DNA of 64,000 nt from an uncultured Actinomycetes bacterium (GTDB lineage Bacteria; Actinomycetota; Thermoleophilia; RBG-16-64-13): NCBI GenBank assembly GCA_963841735.1, contig CAWJDT010000004.1, forward strand, positions 64,001-128,000, in the 5' to 3' direction. Shown here piece by piece: positions 55,164 through 64,000 of the stretch. The notes beneath the pieces are model-generated. The model was not told the DNA's origin and ran no database searches. It worked only from the letters and a program-made list of their open reading frames with translations. The position numbers were made by a program, and so were the translations under genes. The stretch's first letter is position 1. Each line of letters starts with the position of its first letter.

Positions 55164-56277
55164 CCTCAGCGTGCCCTCCGTAGGCGCCGCCGAACTCATG
55201 GAGGGTGATTTCCAGGTAGTAGATGTGCGTTCTCCGGTTGAATTCGCCGAAGGGCACGTGCCGGGAGCCGTCAGCCGCCCGCTTCTTGATGACGCCCAGA
55301 GGACTGCGGTGGGCATTGCTTACAAAGCCGATGGTGCTTCCCAAGCCCGCATGATCGCTATGGAGTTGGTGAGCCCCGGTCTGATCGAGTACCTCACTTC
55401 GTTGGCGGGCCTCGCCCGGTCGCAGCCCCGAGGCCGCCGATTGGCCATCATGTGCTGGCGGGGCGGCGAGCGGAGTCGCAACGTTGTCCTGCTGTTGGCG
55501 TTGATAGGCATCCATGTCGTACGGGTCACCGGTGGGTACCGGGCCTACCGTCGCGAAGTGGTGGGATTCTTTGAGAAATGGCGTCCGCCCGTGCCGGTGA
55601 TCACACTCTATGGGCCTACGGGCGCAGGGAAGAGCGCTCTGATCCGGGCGCTGGAGGAGCTTGGTGCTACGTGGTCTACGCCCCGTCCCTGGCCGCTGGA
55701 CCTGGAGCGATTGGCGCTGCATCGGGGATCGCTTCTGGGAGGGCTTAACCAGCCAGGCGACAGACGGCAGAAGGACTTCGAAGCCCTTCTGCGTGAGGAG
55801 TTGGCGCGACCCGGCGGGGACTACTTGGTGCTCGAGGGGGAAGGCAGCAGGATCGGCGCGCTGCATGTGCCTCGTAGCATTGCGGACACCATACGAGGGG
55901 GTAGGCCCGTGTTGGTGATAGGGACTGTGGAGCAGCGCGCCCGGCGGATTGTCGAAGAGTACGCCCCTCAAGGGTGGGACGAGGCGGACGTGGCGCGATT
56001 TCGCCGTGGTCTCGGTGTGATCGGGGGGAGGCTGGCACCCGGCACGCTCGTTTCCTTGGAAAGCGCCTTCGATGATGGTAGATTTACGGACGTCGTAACG
56101 GGGTTGCTGGTCGGGTACTACGATCCTCTGTACTGGAAGTCGTGCGTGGATGGAAGGGATTTCGTCCTCGAGTTCCAGACCAGCTCCGACCCTACCCAAG
56201 ATGCGCTCCGGTTCGCCGATGCGGCCGCGAGTCTGATCAAAGAGGTGCCCACTGGCTCTCGTGCCCCAGATCGGTGA
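55156..56277 (+). CDS. selU: tRNA 2-selenouridine(34) synthase
   Basis: Rhodanese DVRSPVEFAEGHVPGA, CWRGGERS, GGYRAYR; P-loop GPTGAGKS; DLERLALHRGS; YYDPLY. Confidence 0.92.
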   Translation: MTDLSVPSVGAAELMEGDFQVVDVRSPVEFAEGHVPGAVSRPLLDDAQRTAVGIAYKADGASQARMIAMELVSPGLIEYLTSLAGLARSQPRGRRLAIMCWRGGERSRNVVLLLALIGIHVVRVTGGYRAYRREVVGFFEKWRPPVPVITLYGPTGAGKSALIRALEELGATWSTPRPWPLDLERLALHRGSLLGGLNQPGDRRQKDFEALLREELARPGGDYLVLEGEGSRIGALHVPRSIADTIRGGRPVLVIGTVEQRARRIVEEYAPQGWDEADVARFRRGLGVIGGRLAPGTLVSLESAFDDGRFTDVVTGLLVGYYDPLYWKSCVDGRDFVLEFQTSSDPTQDALRFADAAASLIKEVPTGSRAPDR

Positions 56278-57091
56278 CATTCTTCGTGAGGCCCGCATTC
56301 GCAAGGGCCTTACTATTAAGGACGTCTCGGACGTCACCAAAATCCGCTCCAAGTATCTGGAGGCGTTGGAGCAGGATGACTATGAGGTCATCCCAGGGTC
56401 AACGTTTGTCAAGGCTTATCTGCGGAACTACGCCACATTTCTCCGGCTCGACGCGGATGCGTTGGTTGAGGAGTATCGGTATGGTCGTGAGCCACGCAAC
56501 GATGAGCTTGGCATGTATCAAAGCAGCACCACGGCGGAACAGCCTCGCCCAGCATCTCTAACCGTTCGCAAGAAGCGCAAGCCTCATCGCAATCGTCAAG
56601 GGTACGCGTTGATCGGAGTGCTCGCGGTTGTGATCGTAGTGCTACTCGCTTGGTTCTACGCCGGCAGGGGGCAGCCCGCGGCTACGCTTGATCCGGAGAG
56701 CGTGGGGGGTTCGGTTACAACCACCTCCACCGACGTGACGGGAACGACAGAATCGGGGGGTGTGGCTACGGGCACCACCGGAGACAATGTTGAGTCCACC
56801 ACAACAACCGTAGGTGTAGTGGCTACCGGTGGGCCCGTGACACTCGTGCTGACAGTCTCCGAGCGGAGCTGTTTCTTGGTGGTGAGGGAGGACAGTCAGG
56901 AGGGAGCTGAGCTGTATGCGGGAACACTCTTGGCCGGCCAGGAACAGACCTTCTCGGGCTCCAAACGGTATTGGCTGCACGTGGGGGTGCCGGATGTGCT
57001 CGTTCTGAGCGTGAACGGCGTGGAGCGCGTTGTCGACGGTCCTGCGGGCTACTACGTGGTCACCGAGACTCAGATTACCCCCGCCGGTTAG
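56261..57091 (+). CDS. rodZ: RodZ-like protein (HTH, TM, DUF4115)
   Basis: IGDILREARIRKGL, TKIRSKYLEALE, FVKAYLRNYA; one TM; C-terminal beta domain. Confidence 0.9.
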   Translation: MPQIGDILREARIRKGLTIKDVSDVTKIRSKYLEALEQDDYEVIPGSTFVKAYLRNYATFLRLDADALVEEYRYGREPRNDELGMYQSSTTAEQPRPASLTVRKKRKPHRNRQGYALIGVLAVVIVVLLAWFYAGRGQPAATLDPESVGGSVTTTSTDVTGTTESGGVATGTTGDNVESTTTTVGVVATGGPVTLVLTVSERSCFLVVREDSQEGAELYAGTLLAGQEQTFSGSKRYWLHVGVPDVLVLSVNGVERVVDGPAGYYVVTETQITPAG

Positions 57092-57092
57092 T

Positions 57093-58418
57093 ATGCTGCC
57101 GCGGCCAGGTCTTACAGCGAAGGTCTACTTCGCAACCCTGGGCTGCGCCAAGAACGAAGCCGACAGTCGCTCGGTCATGCGTCACGTCCTCGCCGCAGGG
57201 GTGACCGTCGTGGAGGACCCGGCGGACGCGACCCACATCATTGTCAATACGTGCGGGTTCATACAAGACGCCAAGGAAGAGTCCATCAATGCCGTGCTTG
57301 ACGCGTGCGCGAGCTATCCCGGACGCGAGGTGCTCGTCATGGGGTGTCTGGTCGAGCGGTACGCGAGCGAGTTGGCCGCGGGCATCCCGGAAGTGGCGGG
57401 GTGGTTCGGTGTTGCCGATGCCGACATGCAGGCCGAGTTGGTGGCCGCTCTGGGGGGACGCGAATCTGGGGTGGCGGCCGCCCCGGGGAGGGCCGTCCGT
57501 GGACAGGGATCATTCGCATATCTGAAGATATCCGACGGCTGTGACGAACTCTGCACTTTTTGCGCTATCCCCGGAATCAAAGGACCGTACCATTCGCTTG
57601 GGGTCGACGAGATCAAGGCCGAAGCGGGGGCGTGTCTGGCTGAGGGAGCACGTGAGCTTGTGCTGGTGGGACAGGACACGTCGCGATGGAGCAGCGACGG
57701 TCTCGATTTGGTAGACCTCGTCCAAGTGCTCGCGGAGGATCCGCGGCTGCACCGCCTTAGACTGATGTACCTGCAACCCGACGGCGTCAGCGAGAGGCTC
57801 CTGCGTTGCATGGCTGCGCAGCCGAAGTTGTGCCGCTATCTGGACATACCGCTGCAACATTCACATCCCGACATGTTGCGGGCTATGGCCCGCGGGGGCG
57901 ACGCGGAGTCTTATCTCGCGTTGATTGAGCGGGCGCGCGGCCTCATGCCTGATGTGACCCTCCGCTCCACCTTCATAGTCGGTTTTCCCGGCGAGACCGA
58001 GCGCCACTTTGCGCATTTGTTGGAGTTTGTCTCGGCCGCGGAGTTTGATTACGCGGGTGGGTTCGTCTACAGCCCGGAGGAGGGGACGAAGGCGGCAGGG
58101 TTGAAGCCACGCGTCAGTAGAGTTAAGGCTCTGGCTCGTTTGAACCGTTTGAACGCGGCGCTCGAGGCAGTGGTCGAGCACAAACGGCAGAAGTTGGTTG
58201 GGATGAGGGTGCGGGTCATGGTCGACACGATCGAGTCGGAAGAGGGCGAAGAAGGCTACGCTGCCGTTGGGCGCACCGAGGGGCAGGCGCCTGAGGTGGA
58301 TGGTGTGACCTACATCGAGGGCGGCATCCCGGAGGGGACCGCTCACGGGGACGTGTTGGAGTGTCTGGTGGAGGCGGTCGCCGGCTACGACTTGATTGCG
58401 AGTTGTGATGAGGCCTAA
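57093..58418 (+). CDS. rimO: Ribosomal protein S12 methylthiotransferase
   Basis: LGCAKNEADS, VNTCGFI, YLKISDGCDELCTFC radical SAM motif, YLDIPLQH, QAPEVDG. Confidence 0.95.
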   Translation: MLPRPGLTAKVYFATLGCAKNEADSRSVMRHVLAAGVTVVEDPADATHIIVNTCGFIQDAKEESINAVLDACASYPGREVLVMGCLVERYASELAAGIPEVAGWFGVADADMQAELVAALGGRESGVAAAPGRAVRGQGSFAYLKISDGCDELCTFCAIPGIKGPYHSLGVDEIKAEAGACLAEGARELVLVGQDTSRWSSDGLDLVDLVQVLAEDPRLHRLRLMYLQPDGVSERLLRCMAAQPKLCRYLDIPLQHSHPDMLRAMARGGDAESYLALIERARGLMPDVTLRSTFIVGFPGETERHFAHLLEFVSAAEFDYAGGFVYSPEEGTKAAGLKPRVSRVKALARLNRLNAALEAVVEHKRQKLVGMRVRVMVDTIESEEGEEGYAAVGRTEGQAPEVDGVTYIEGGIPEGTAHGDVLECLVEAVAGYDLIASCDEA

Positions 58419-59010
58419 CCTGCCGAACACATTGACCCTCTTCCGGATACTGATGGTCCCCTTGCTCATGGTGTTCATGTTGACGGACTCGCTGGCCAGC
58501 GACATCGTGGCCCTGGTCATCTTCTTGGCCGCCGCGGCGAGCGACTGGCTTGATGGGTTTCTCGCCCGCCGGTGGCATCAAACCACGGTGATGGGTGCGT
58601 TTTTGGATCCGCTGGCTGACAAGCTCCTGGTGACCGCCGCTCTGGTGTCGCTGGTGGAACTCAATGAGGTGTCCGCCTGGATTGCTATGGTAGTCATAGC
58701 ACGAGAACTGGCAGTCACCGGGTTGCGTATGGTCGCAGCCGCCAAAGGCGTGGTCATCTCGGCCAGCATGTGGGGCAAGGTCAAGACTGTCAGCCAGATG
58801 ATCGCGATCACGTGCTTGATCATCGAACCACGGTGGATAAAGCCGGATTGGACGATATGGGGACAGAGGATCACATGGTGGCTGATGATCGTGATGCTGG
58901 TGCTCACGGTGGTCAGCGGCATCGACTACTTCGTGCGGGCCTGGAGGCCGGTGGGAGGGCCGCTCCCCCCCGACGGGACGCGGCTCGCGGCACTCAAGAA
59001 GAAGGACTAG
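58408..59010 (+). CDS. pgsA: CDP-diacylglycerol--glycerol-3-phosphate 3-phosphatidyltransferase
   Basis: NLPNTLTLFR, DWLDGFLAR...GAFLDPLADK, GKVKT. Confidence 0.97.
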   Translation: MRPNLPNTLTLFRILMVPLLMVFMLTDSLASDIVALVIFLAAAASDWLDGFLARRWHQTTVMGAFLDPLADKLLVTAALVSLVELNEVSAWIAMVVIARELAVTGLRMVAAAKGVVISASMWGKVKTVSQMIAITCLIIEPRWIKPDWTIWGQRITWWLMIVMLVLTVVSGIDYFVRAWRPVGGPLPPDGTRLAALKKKD

Positions 59011-59015
59011 CCTGG

Positions 59016-59597
59016 GTGGACAAGCGGGCGGGCGAAAAGCAGAGGCTGTTTGTGGCGGTGCCTCTGCCGCCCGATGCGGTTGAGTTCGTGTGCGCGGCTC
59101 AGCAGGCGTTACCGCGAGGGTCGGGAGTCCGGCTCGTCGGGCACAAGCAGTTGCACGTGACTTTGGCCTTCATCGGGGAAGTGGGCGAGGCTGCCGCGGC
59201 GGATGCTCGAACCGTGGTGGAGTCGTTGCCTAGCGACATGGGGGGCGTTGTGTTCTTGGGGGGCTTCGCCTTCTTCCCGACGGCGAGCAAGGCCCGGGTT
59301 GTGGCGATTGATATCGTCGATGAGGCTGGATTGCTCGCGAGGATGTATGAGCGGGTGATGGACGGTTTAGAGGGAGTCGGGGTGATGCGCCGGGAGAAGC
59401 GGTCTTTCCGCGCTCATGTCACCGTGGCTAGGCTCCGGGTCCCTGGTCCTATACAACCAATGGCCGAGAGCGGGTCGGCTCCGTTTGCTGTAGAGTCGGT
59501 ATGTCTCTTCAAGAGTGAGTTGAAACGCGAGGGCGCGGTATACACGACGGTTGCGTGTGCCGCGCTTTCTGGGGCAGAAGTGAGAGAGAAGGCATAG
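59016..59597 (+). CDS. thpR: RNA 2',3'-cyclic phosphodiesterase (2H family)
   Basis: [14 protein letters not shown] and HVTVAR (two HxT motifs); GTG start. Confidence 0.93.
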   Translation: MDKRAGEKQRLFVAVPLPPDAVEFVCAAQQALPRGSGVRLVGHKQLHVTLAFIGEVGEAAAADARTVVESLPSDMGGVVFLGGFAFFPTASKARVVAIDIVDEAGLLARMYERVMDGLEGVGVMRREKRSFRAHVTVARLRVPGPIQPMAESGSAPFAVESVCLFKSELKREGAVYTTVACAALSGAEVREKA

Positions 59598-59605
59598 GAG
59601 GAGCA

Positions 59606-60706
59606 GTGGAAAAGGACAAAGCGCTGGAGATGGCCGTTCTACAGATAGAACGACAGTATGGCAAGGGTTCCATAATGCGGCTGGGCGACGATTCGGCGAC
59701 TCTGAAGGTCCCGGCGATATCTACCGGCTCGCTGACGCTCGACATAGCCCTGGGAGTGGGCGGGGTCCCCAGGGGGCGCGTGATAGAGGTCTTCGGACCC
59801 GAGTCGAGCGGCAAGACCACCCTGGCGCTGCACATGATCGCCGAGGCGCAGCTCGCCGGCGGGAAGGCTGCCTTCATCGATGCGGAGCACGCCATGGATT
59901 CAGGCTACGCCCGCAAGATCGGCGTGAACGTCGATGAGTTGCTGGTGTCGCAACCAGACAACGGGGAACAGGCGCTCGAGATAACCGAGTTGCTCATCCG
60001 CAGCGGGGCGCTCGACATAGTGGTCATCGACTCCGTTGCTGCCCTCACCCCCAGGGCTGAGATCGAAGGCGAGATGGGCGATTCGCACGTAGGCCTGCAG
60101 GCGCGCCTTATGAGCCAGGCTTTGCGCAAGCTGGCCGGAACCATCAGCAAGACCCAGACTTGCGCGGTGTTCATCAACCAGCTTCGAGAGAAGGTCGGGG
60201 TCATGTTCGGGAACCCTGAGGTTACTCCCGGCGGTCGGGCGCTCAAGTTCTACGCTTCTGTGCGCCTGGACATCCGGCGCATCGAGACCCTGAAGGAGGG
60301 CACGGAAGCAGTCGGCAACCGGGTGCGTGTGCGTGTGGTGAAGAACAAGGTAGCTCCGCCATTCAAGGAAGCGGAATTCGACATCATGTATGGGCTGGGC
60401 ATCTCTACGGAGGGAGACATTCTGGACTTGGCGGTTGAGAACAAGATCGTTCAAAAGAGCGGGGCTTGGTTCTCCTACGGTGATCAGCGACTTGGCCAGG
60501 GTCGGGAGAACGTCAGACAGTTTCTACGCGACAATGCGGAACTGGTGCAGCAGTTGCGTCGAGAGGTCATCACGGCCGTGAACGCCGACTGGGCCGATTT
60601 GGGCAAGCAGGCAGAGCCCGAGGCCAAGAATGATGACGACGCTGCGCGGTCGAAGGCCGATGGCCGGTCCGCTGCCGCGGGCTCCGGAGGGTCGGCCGGC
60701 AAATAG
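59606..60706 (+). CDS. recA: Recombinase RecA
   Basis: [43 protein letters not shown]; AGGAGG SD. Confidence 0.99.
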   Translation: MEKDKALEMAVLQIERQYGKGSIMRLGDDSATLKVPAISTGSLTLDIALGVGGVPRGRVIEVFGPESSGKTTLALHMIAEAQLAGGKAAFIDAEHAMDSGYARKIGVNVDELLVSQPDNGEQALEITELLIRSGALDIVVIDSVAALTPRAEIEGEMGDSHVGLQARLMSQALRKLAGTISKTQTCAVFINQLREKVGVMFGNPEVTPGGRALKFYASVRLDIRRIETLKEGTEAVGNRVRVRVVKNKVAPPFKEAEFDIMYGLGISTEGDILDLAVENKIVQKSGAWFSYGDQRLGQGRENVRQFLRDNAELVQQLRREVITAVNADWADLGKQAEPEAKNDDDAARSKADGRSAAAGSGGSAGK

Positions 60707-60717
60707 GCGGAAGGGGC

Positions 60718-61428
60718 ATGCGCCGACCGGCCGACAGATCGCCTGAGCCCATGCAGGCGGGCGTGGTTACGTCCTTGGCGGCCAAGAGGGGCCGGTCCGA
60801 TCGGTTTTCCGTGTATCTCGACGGACGGCGGGTCTTCGATCTGGCTGTGGATGTGGTCGAGCGGGCCGGACTGCGGCAGGGGCAGCACTTGGACGAGCAG
60901 CGTCAGGCCGAACTGCTTGAAGAAGACGCGCCTTACCGGGCCAGGGATAAGGGTCTAGACATGCTGGCCTCCCGCGAGCGCTGCGCTCGGGAGATCGAAG
61001 AAAGGCTGCAGGGCGCCGGCTTCGACAGTGAAGTGGTTGCCGATACGATTTCTTGGCTGCGAACGAGGGGCTACGTGGACGACCGGCGATTTGCGGCGTC
61101 CTTCGCCGAGGCGAAGCTGAGAGGGGGATGGGGGGCGCGTAGGATCAGGTCTGAACTGCTGCACAAAGGCGTCGATCGGGAGACTTTGGAAGATATCCTG
61201 CGCGCGGCTTCCGAGGAGGGCTCGGGGGCAGAGGGGTCGTGCGCGGTGACGGCTTTGGCGCGAAGGCGCTTCGGCGGGCAGTTCGCGGCCGACCCCACTG
61301 GCGCACGGCGCAGGTTGGCGGGTTTTCTCGCCCGTCGCGGTTACGATTGGGAAACCATTTCTACGGTGACGCGGGTTCTTGCTGATGAGGCTGCGGACGG
61401 GGCGGAGCAGGCTGGTGGCTGCTCCTAG
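60718..61428 (+). CDS. recX: Regulatory protein RecX
   Basis: GYVDDRRFA, WGARRIRSELLHKGV, FLARRGY; directly downstream of recA. Confidence 0.92.
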   Translation: MRRPADRSPEPMQAGVVTSLAAKRGRSDRFSVYLDGRRVFDLAVDVVERAGLRQGQHLDEQRQAELLEEDAPYRARDKGLDMLASRERCAREIEERLQGAGFDSEVVADTISWLRTRGYVDDRRFAASFAEAKLRGGWGARRIRSELLHKGVDRETLEDILRAASEEGSGAEGSCAVTALARRRFGGQFAADPTGARRRLAGFLARRGYDWETISTVTRVLADEAADGAEQAGGCS

Positions 61429-61492
61429 GCCCGTGGCGGCACGGAACACCTGCGTGAGTCGTGAGGGCAACAATGGGTCTGAAGGCGCTTCC

Positions 61493-61522
61493 TTGACACC
61501 TTACTCGGCGCGACTGTAAACT
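61493..61522 (+). promoter_or_regulatory. Sigma-70 promoter upstream of the rny leader
   Basis: TTGACA-N18-TAAACT, preceded by TG. Confidence 0.75.
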
Positions 61523-61528
61523 CATGCG

Positions 61529-61770
61529 CGTGTGATGATCGGTCGACGAAGGTTCTGTTCGACCTTGCTATTGGTTTATTGTGGCTCTGCGACAGGTGGA
61601 TCGTCACTTGGTCAAACAGGGGCCGGAGAATTAGGGTGGGGTATATATCCGTACGGCGGGCTGCCAGTGGGGTTGGCAGAGGATTCGCCGGTATGGTCTG
61701 TCCCGAGTAAGGGCAAGGTTCGGCAGAGACGCTTGGCGGCGGGGCGGTTGCTCGGCCCTATTTGTTTTCG
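61529..61770 (+). ncRNA. Candidate structured RNA (rny 5' leader or sRNA), family unassigned
   Basis: Several stems visible by eye, including the long-range pairing AAACAGGGGCCG / CGGCCCTATTTGTTT. Confidence 0.45.
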
Positions 61771-61839
61771 TTTGGTCCGGTCTTTCACGCTATGGCCCAA
61801 CTATGCGGCGGCTACGCACGCGAGTGGAGTGGTGAAAGA

Positions 61840-63381
61840 ATGAACGCAGCTATCTGGATCGTGGTAGTACTGGTGGCAGGGGCCTTGGCCGCTGTAGCCG
61901 GTTTCTTTGCACGCAAATACCTCGGTGAGGCGAAGATCGCGTCGGCCGAAGAGGCCGCGCGGAAACTGATGGAGGACGCGAAGAGGCAGGCCGATGGTAT
62001 CCAACGCGAAGCTCGGGTGGAGCTCAAGGACGAGCTGCACCGGCTGCGCACTCAGACGGAGGCCGAGGTCAAGGAGCGCCGGCAAGAGCTTACTCAGCTT
62101 GAGAATCGGCTCCTGAGTCGAGAAGAAGGCCTCGACGAGATACAGAAGGACATGAGCCGCCGGGAGCAGTCCGTCAGCGACCGGGAGGGTCACTATCGGC
62201 GGCTCGTCGAAGAAGTGGAAGGCCTGAAGACTCAGGAGCAGCAGCAGTTGCAGGAGATCTCGGGCATGTCGAGAGACCAGGCCGCCGAGATCCTGCTGAA
62301 GCGCACCGAGGACGAGGTCCGGCACGACATGGCCAAGATGGTGCGGTCCATCGAGGAGGAGGCCCGGCACGAGGGCGATCGCCGAGCCAAAGATATCCTC
62401 TCGATCTGCATCCAGCGCACGGCTTCGAGCCACGTGGCCGAATCTACCGTGTCGGTGGTTCATCTCCCTTCTGACGACATGAAAGGCCGGATCATCGGCC
62501 GCGAGGGCCGCAACGTGCGGACTCTCGAGAATCTGACGGGAGTCGATTTCATCATCGACGACACCCCGGAGGCAGTGGTGCTCTCTGGGTTCGACACGGT
62601 GCGCAGGGAGATTGCACGTCTGACGCTGACCAAGTTGGTGGCCGACGGACGCATCCATCCGGCCAAGATCGAAGAGATGTACTCCAAAGCTCGGGACGAG
62701 GTGGAGAAGCAGATACTCGACGCCGGCGAACAAGCCGTTTTGGATGCCAATGTCCACGGGGTCGCTCCTGAGTTACTTAGGCTGCTCGGGCGGCTTAGGT
62801 TCCGCACCAGCTACGGTCAGAACGTGCTGATCCATTCTCTAGAGGTCGCCCATCTGGCCGGCCTGATGGCGAGCGAGCTGGGCGTCAACGCTAAATTGGC
62901 CAAGCGCGCCGGACTGTTGCACGACTTGGGCAAGGCCGTCGACCATGAGGTGGAGGGTTCACACGCGGCGATCGGTGGCAACCTTGCCCGGCGCTATGGT
63001 GAATCGGAAGCGGTGGCTCACATCATCGAGGCGCATCACAACGAGGTCGAGCCGAGCACGGTGGAGGCTGTGTTGGTCGCGGCCGGTGACGCCGTCAGCG
63101 GGGCGCGGCCCGGAGCACGCCGGGAGACGCTTGAGACCTACATCAAGCGCTTGGAGTCCCTGGAGCGCATTGCGGAGAGCAAGCCGGGTGTGGAGAAGTG
63201 CTACGCCATACAGGCAGGCCGGGAGATCAGAGTGCTCGTCAAGCCCGAAGAGATCGACGACGACGCCGCCAGCCTGCTGTGCCGCGAGATCGCCAAGGAG
63301 ATCGAGCAGGAGCTAGACTACCCCGGCACGATCAGGGTGACGGTCATTCGCGAGAGCCGGGCTGTGGAGTACGCCAAGTAG
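61840..63381 (+). CDS. rny: Ribonuclease Y
   Basis: N-terminal TM, coiled coil, [23 protein letters not shown] domain [15 protein letters not shown]. Confidence 0.98.
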   Translation: MNAAIWIVVVLVAGALAAVAGFFARKYLGEAKIASAEEAARKLMEDAKRQADGIQREARVELKDELHRLRTQTEAEVKERRQELTQLENRLLSREEGLDEIQKDMSRREQSVSDREGHYRRLVEEVEGLKTQEQQQLQEISGMSRDQAAEILLKRTEDEVRHDMAKMVRSIEEEARHEGDRRAKDILSICIQRTASSHVAESTVSVVHLPSDDMKGRIIGREGRNVRTLENLTGVDFIIDDTPEAVVLSGFDTVRREIARLTLTKLVADGRIHPAKIEEMYSKARDEVEKQILDAGEQAVLDANVHGVAPELLRLLGRLRFRTSYGQNVLIHSLEVAHLAGLMASELGVNAKLAKRAGLLHDLGKAVDHEVEGSHAAIGGNLARRYGESEAVAHIIEAHHNEVEPSTVEAVLVAAGDAVSGARPGARRETLETYIKRLESLERIAESKPGVEKCYAIQAGREIRVLVKPEEIDDDAASLLCREIAKEIEQELDYPGTIRVTVIRESRAVEYAK

Positions 63382-63426
63382 CAGGGGCGACGAGTCGGCG
63401 GATTTCGCGAGTTGAGGATGGCGGCG

Positions 63427-64000
63427 ATGATCGACTGTGCCCGGCCGGATACTTACTATCTGCGCTCGTTCGGGTGCCAGATGAACGACCACGACTCCGA
63501 ACGCATCGCCGGATTGCTGGAAGAGCTGGGCTATTCGAGAGTGGTCGCTCCCGAAGAAGCTAGGCTTCTCGTGTACAACACATGCTCCATACGCGAGAAG
63601 GCCGACAGCCGCTTGGCGGGTCATCTCGGTGATGCGGGCCGCATGAAGAGGGAAGACCCCAGTCGGCAGGTGGTGGTGGCTGGCTGTCTTGCCCAGAGCC
63701 GGCGAGAGGAGTTTCTCGTCGACTTTCCTTTTGTCGACGTGCTTGTCGGACCGCAAAGCCTGCGCGAACTGCCGGGGTTGCTGGAGAAACGGCGGGTAAC
63801 GGGGCAATGTGCCGGCGCCTTCCAGGACGTGACCAGCTGCTTGAGCGCGGATCTGCCGCGGGTGCGGACTGCTGGGCCCAGCGCCTGGGTGCAGATCACA
63901 GCCGGTTGCAGCAACTTCTGCTCGTACTGCATCGTGCCGTATGTGCGCGGACCTGAGTCGTCGCGTCAGGCGGAGGACATCATCGCCGAAGTGGGAGACT
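63427..64000 (+). CDS. miaB: tRNA-2-methylthio-i6A37 synthase MiaB, 3'-truncated by the window edge
   Basis: Manual translation: SFGCQMNDHDSE, NTCSIREKA, VAGCLAQ, GCSNFCSYCIVPYVRG; not in the ORF track because it runs off the end. Confidence 0.95.
   Translation, partial: MIDCARPDTYYLRSFGCQMNDHDSERIAGLLEELGYSRVVAPEEARLLVYNTCSIREKADSRLAGHLGDAGRMKREDPSRQVVVAGCLAQSRREEFLVDFPFVDVLVGPQSLRELPGLLEKRRVTGQCAGAFQDVTSCLSADLPRVRTAGPSAWVQITAGCSNFCSYCIVPYVRGPESSRQAEDIIAEVGD

Noticed and set aside
61547-61561. CGAAGGTTCTGTTCG as a LexA box at the rny promoter
   Set aside because: Left half-site is GAAG and the spacing is 5 nt rather than 4; better explained as an RNA hairpin loop

Overview
High-GC (~63% by eye) bacterial chromosome segment, most consistent with a deep-branching Actinomycetota such as Thermoleophilia. 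This is an inference from WhiG next to dprA/xerC/rpsB, the short DapB, and Firmicutes-like plsX/rnj/rny content. About 90% is a co-oriented housekeeping superoperon: coaBC; plsX-acpP-rnc-smc-ftsY-ffh-rpsP-khpA-rimM-trmD-lepB; rplS-lepB-rnhB-yraN-comM-dprA-xerC-whiG; rpsB-tsf-pyrH-frr-uppS-cdsA-dxr-rseP-ispG-proS; rimP-nusA-ylxR-infB-ylxP-rbfA-nrnA-truB-ribF; rpsO-pnp-M16-dapB-rnj-ftsK-selU-rodZ-rimO-pgsA-thpR-recA-recX-rny-miaB. Two reverse-strand regulatory islands interrupt it. (1) 1.0-5.1 kb: PadR with two paralogous HAAS/RDD-like membrane proteins, and a divergent RpoD paralogue whose upstream promoter has a perfect Gram-positive LexA box in its spacer (candidate SOS-controlled sigma factor). 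(2) 15.9-18.5 kb: an ECF sigma factor, a secreted protein with a (D-R/G-D-Q-T-Q)x7 tail and a paralogous membrane anti-sigma-like protein, with two matching GTRAC-N20-TGAC promoters, between two signal peptidase I genes. Other oddities: two probable CTG start codons, an apparent +1 frameshift in a (GC)5 run at the nrnA 5' end, a Cys3His tail on NusA, and a ~300-nt structured leader before rny. No rRNA, tRNA, CRISPR array or mobile element was recognised. All family calls come from motif recognition by eye, not database searches.
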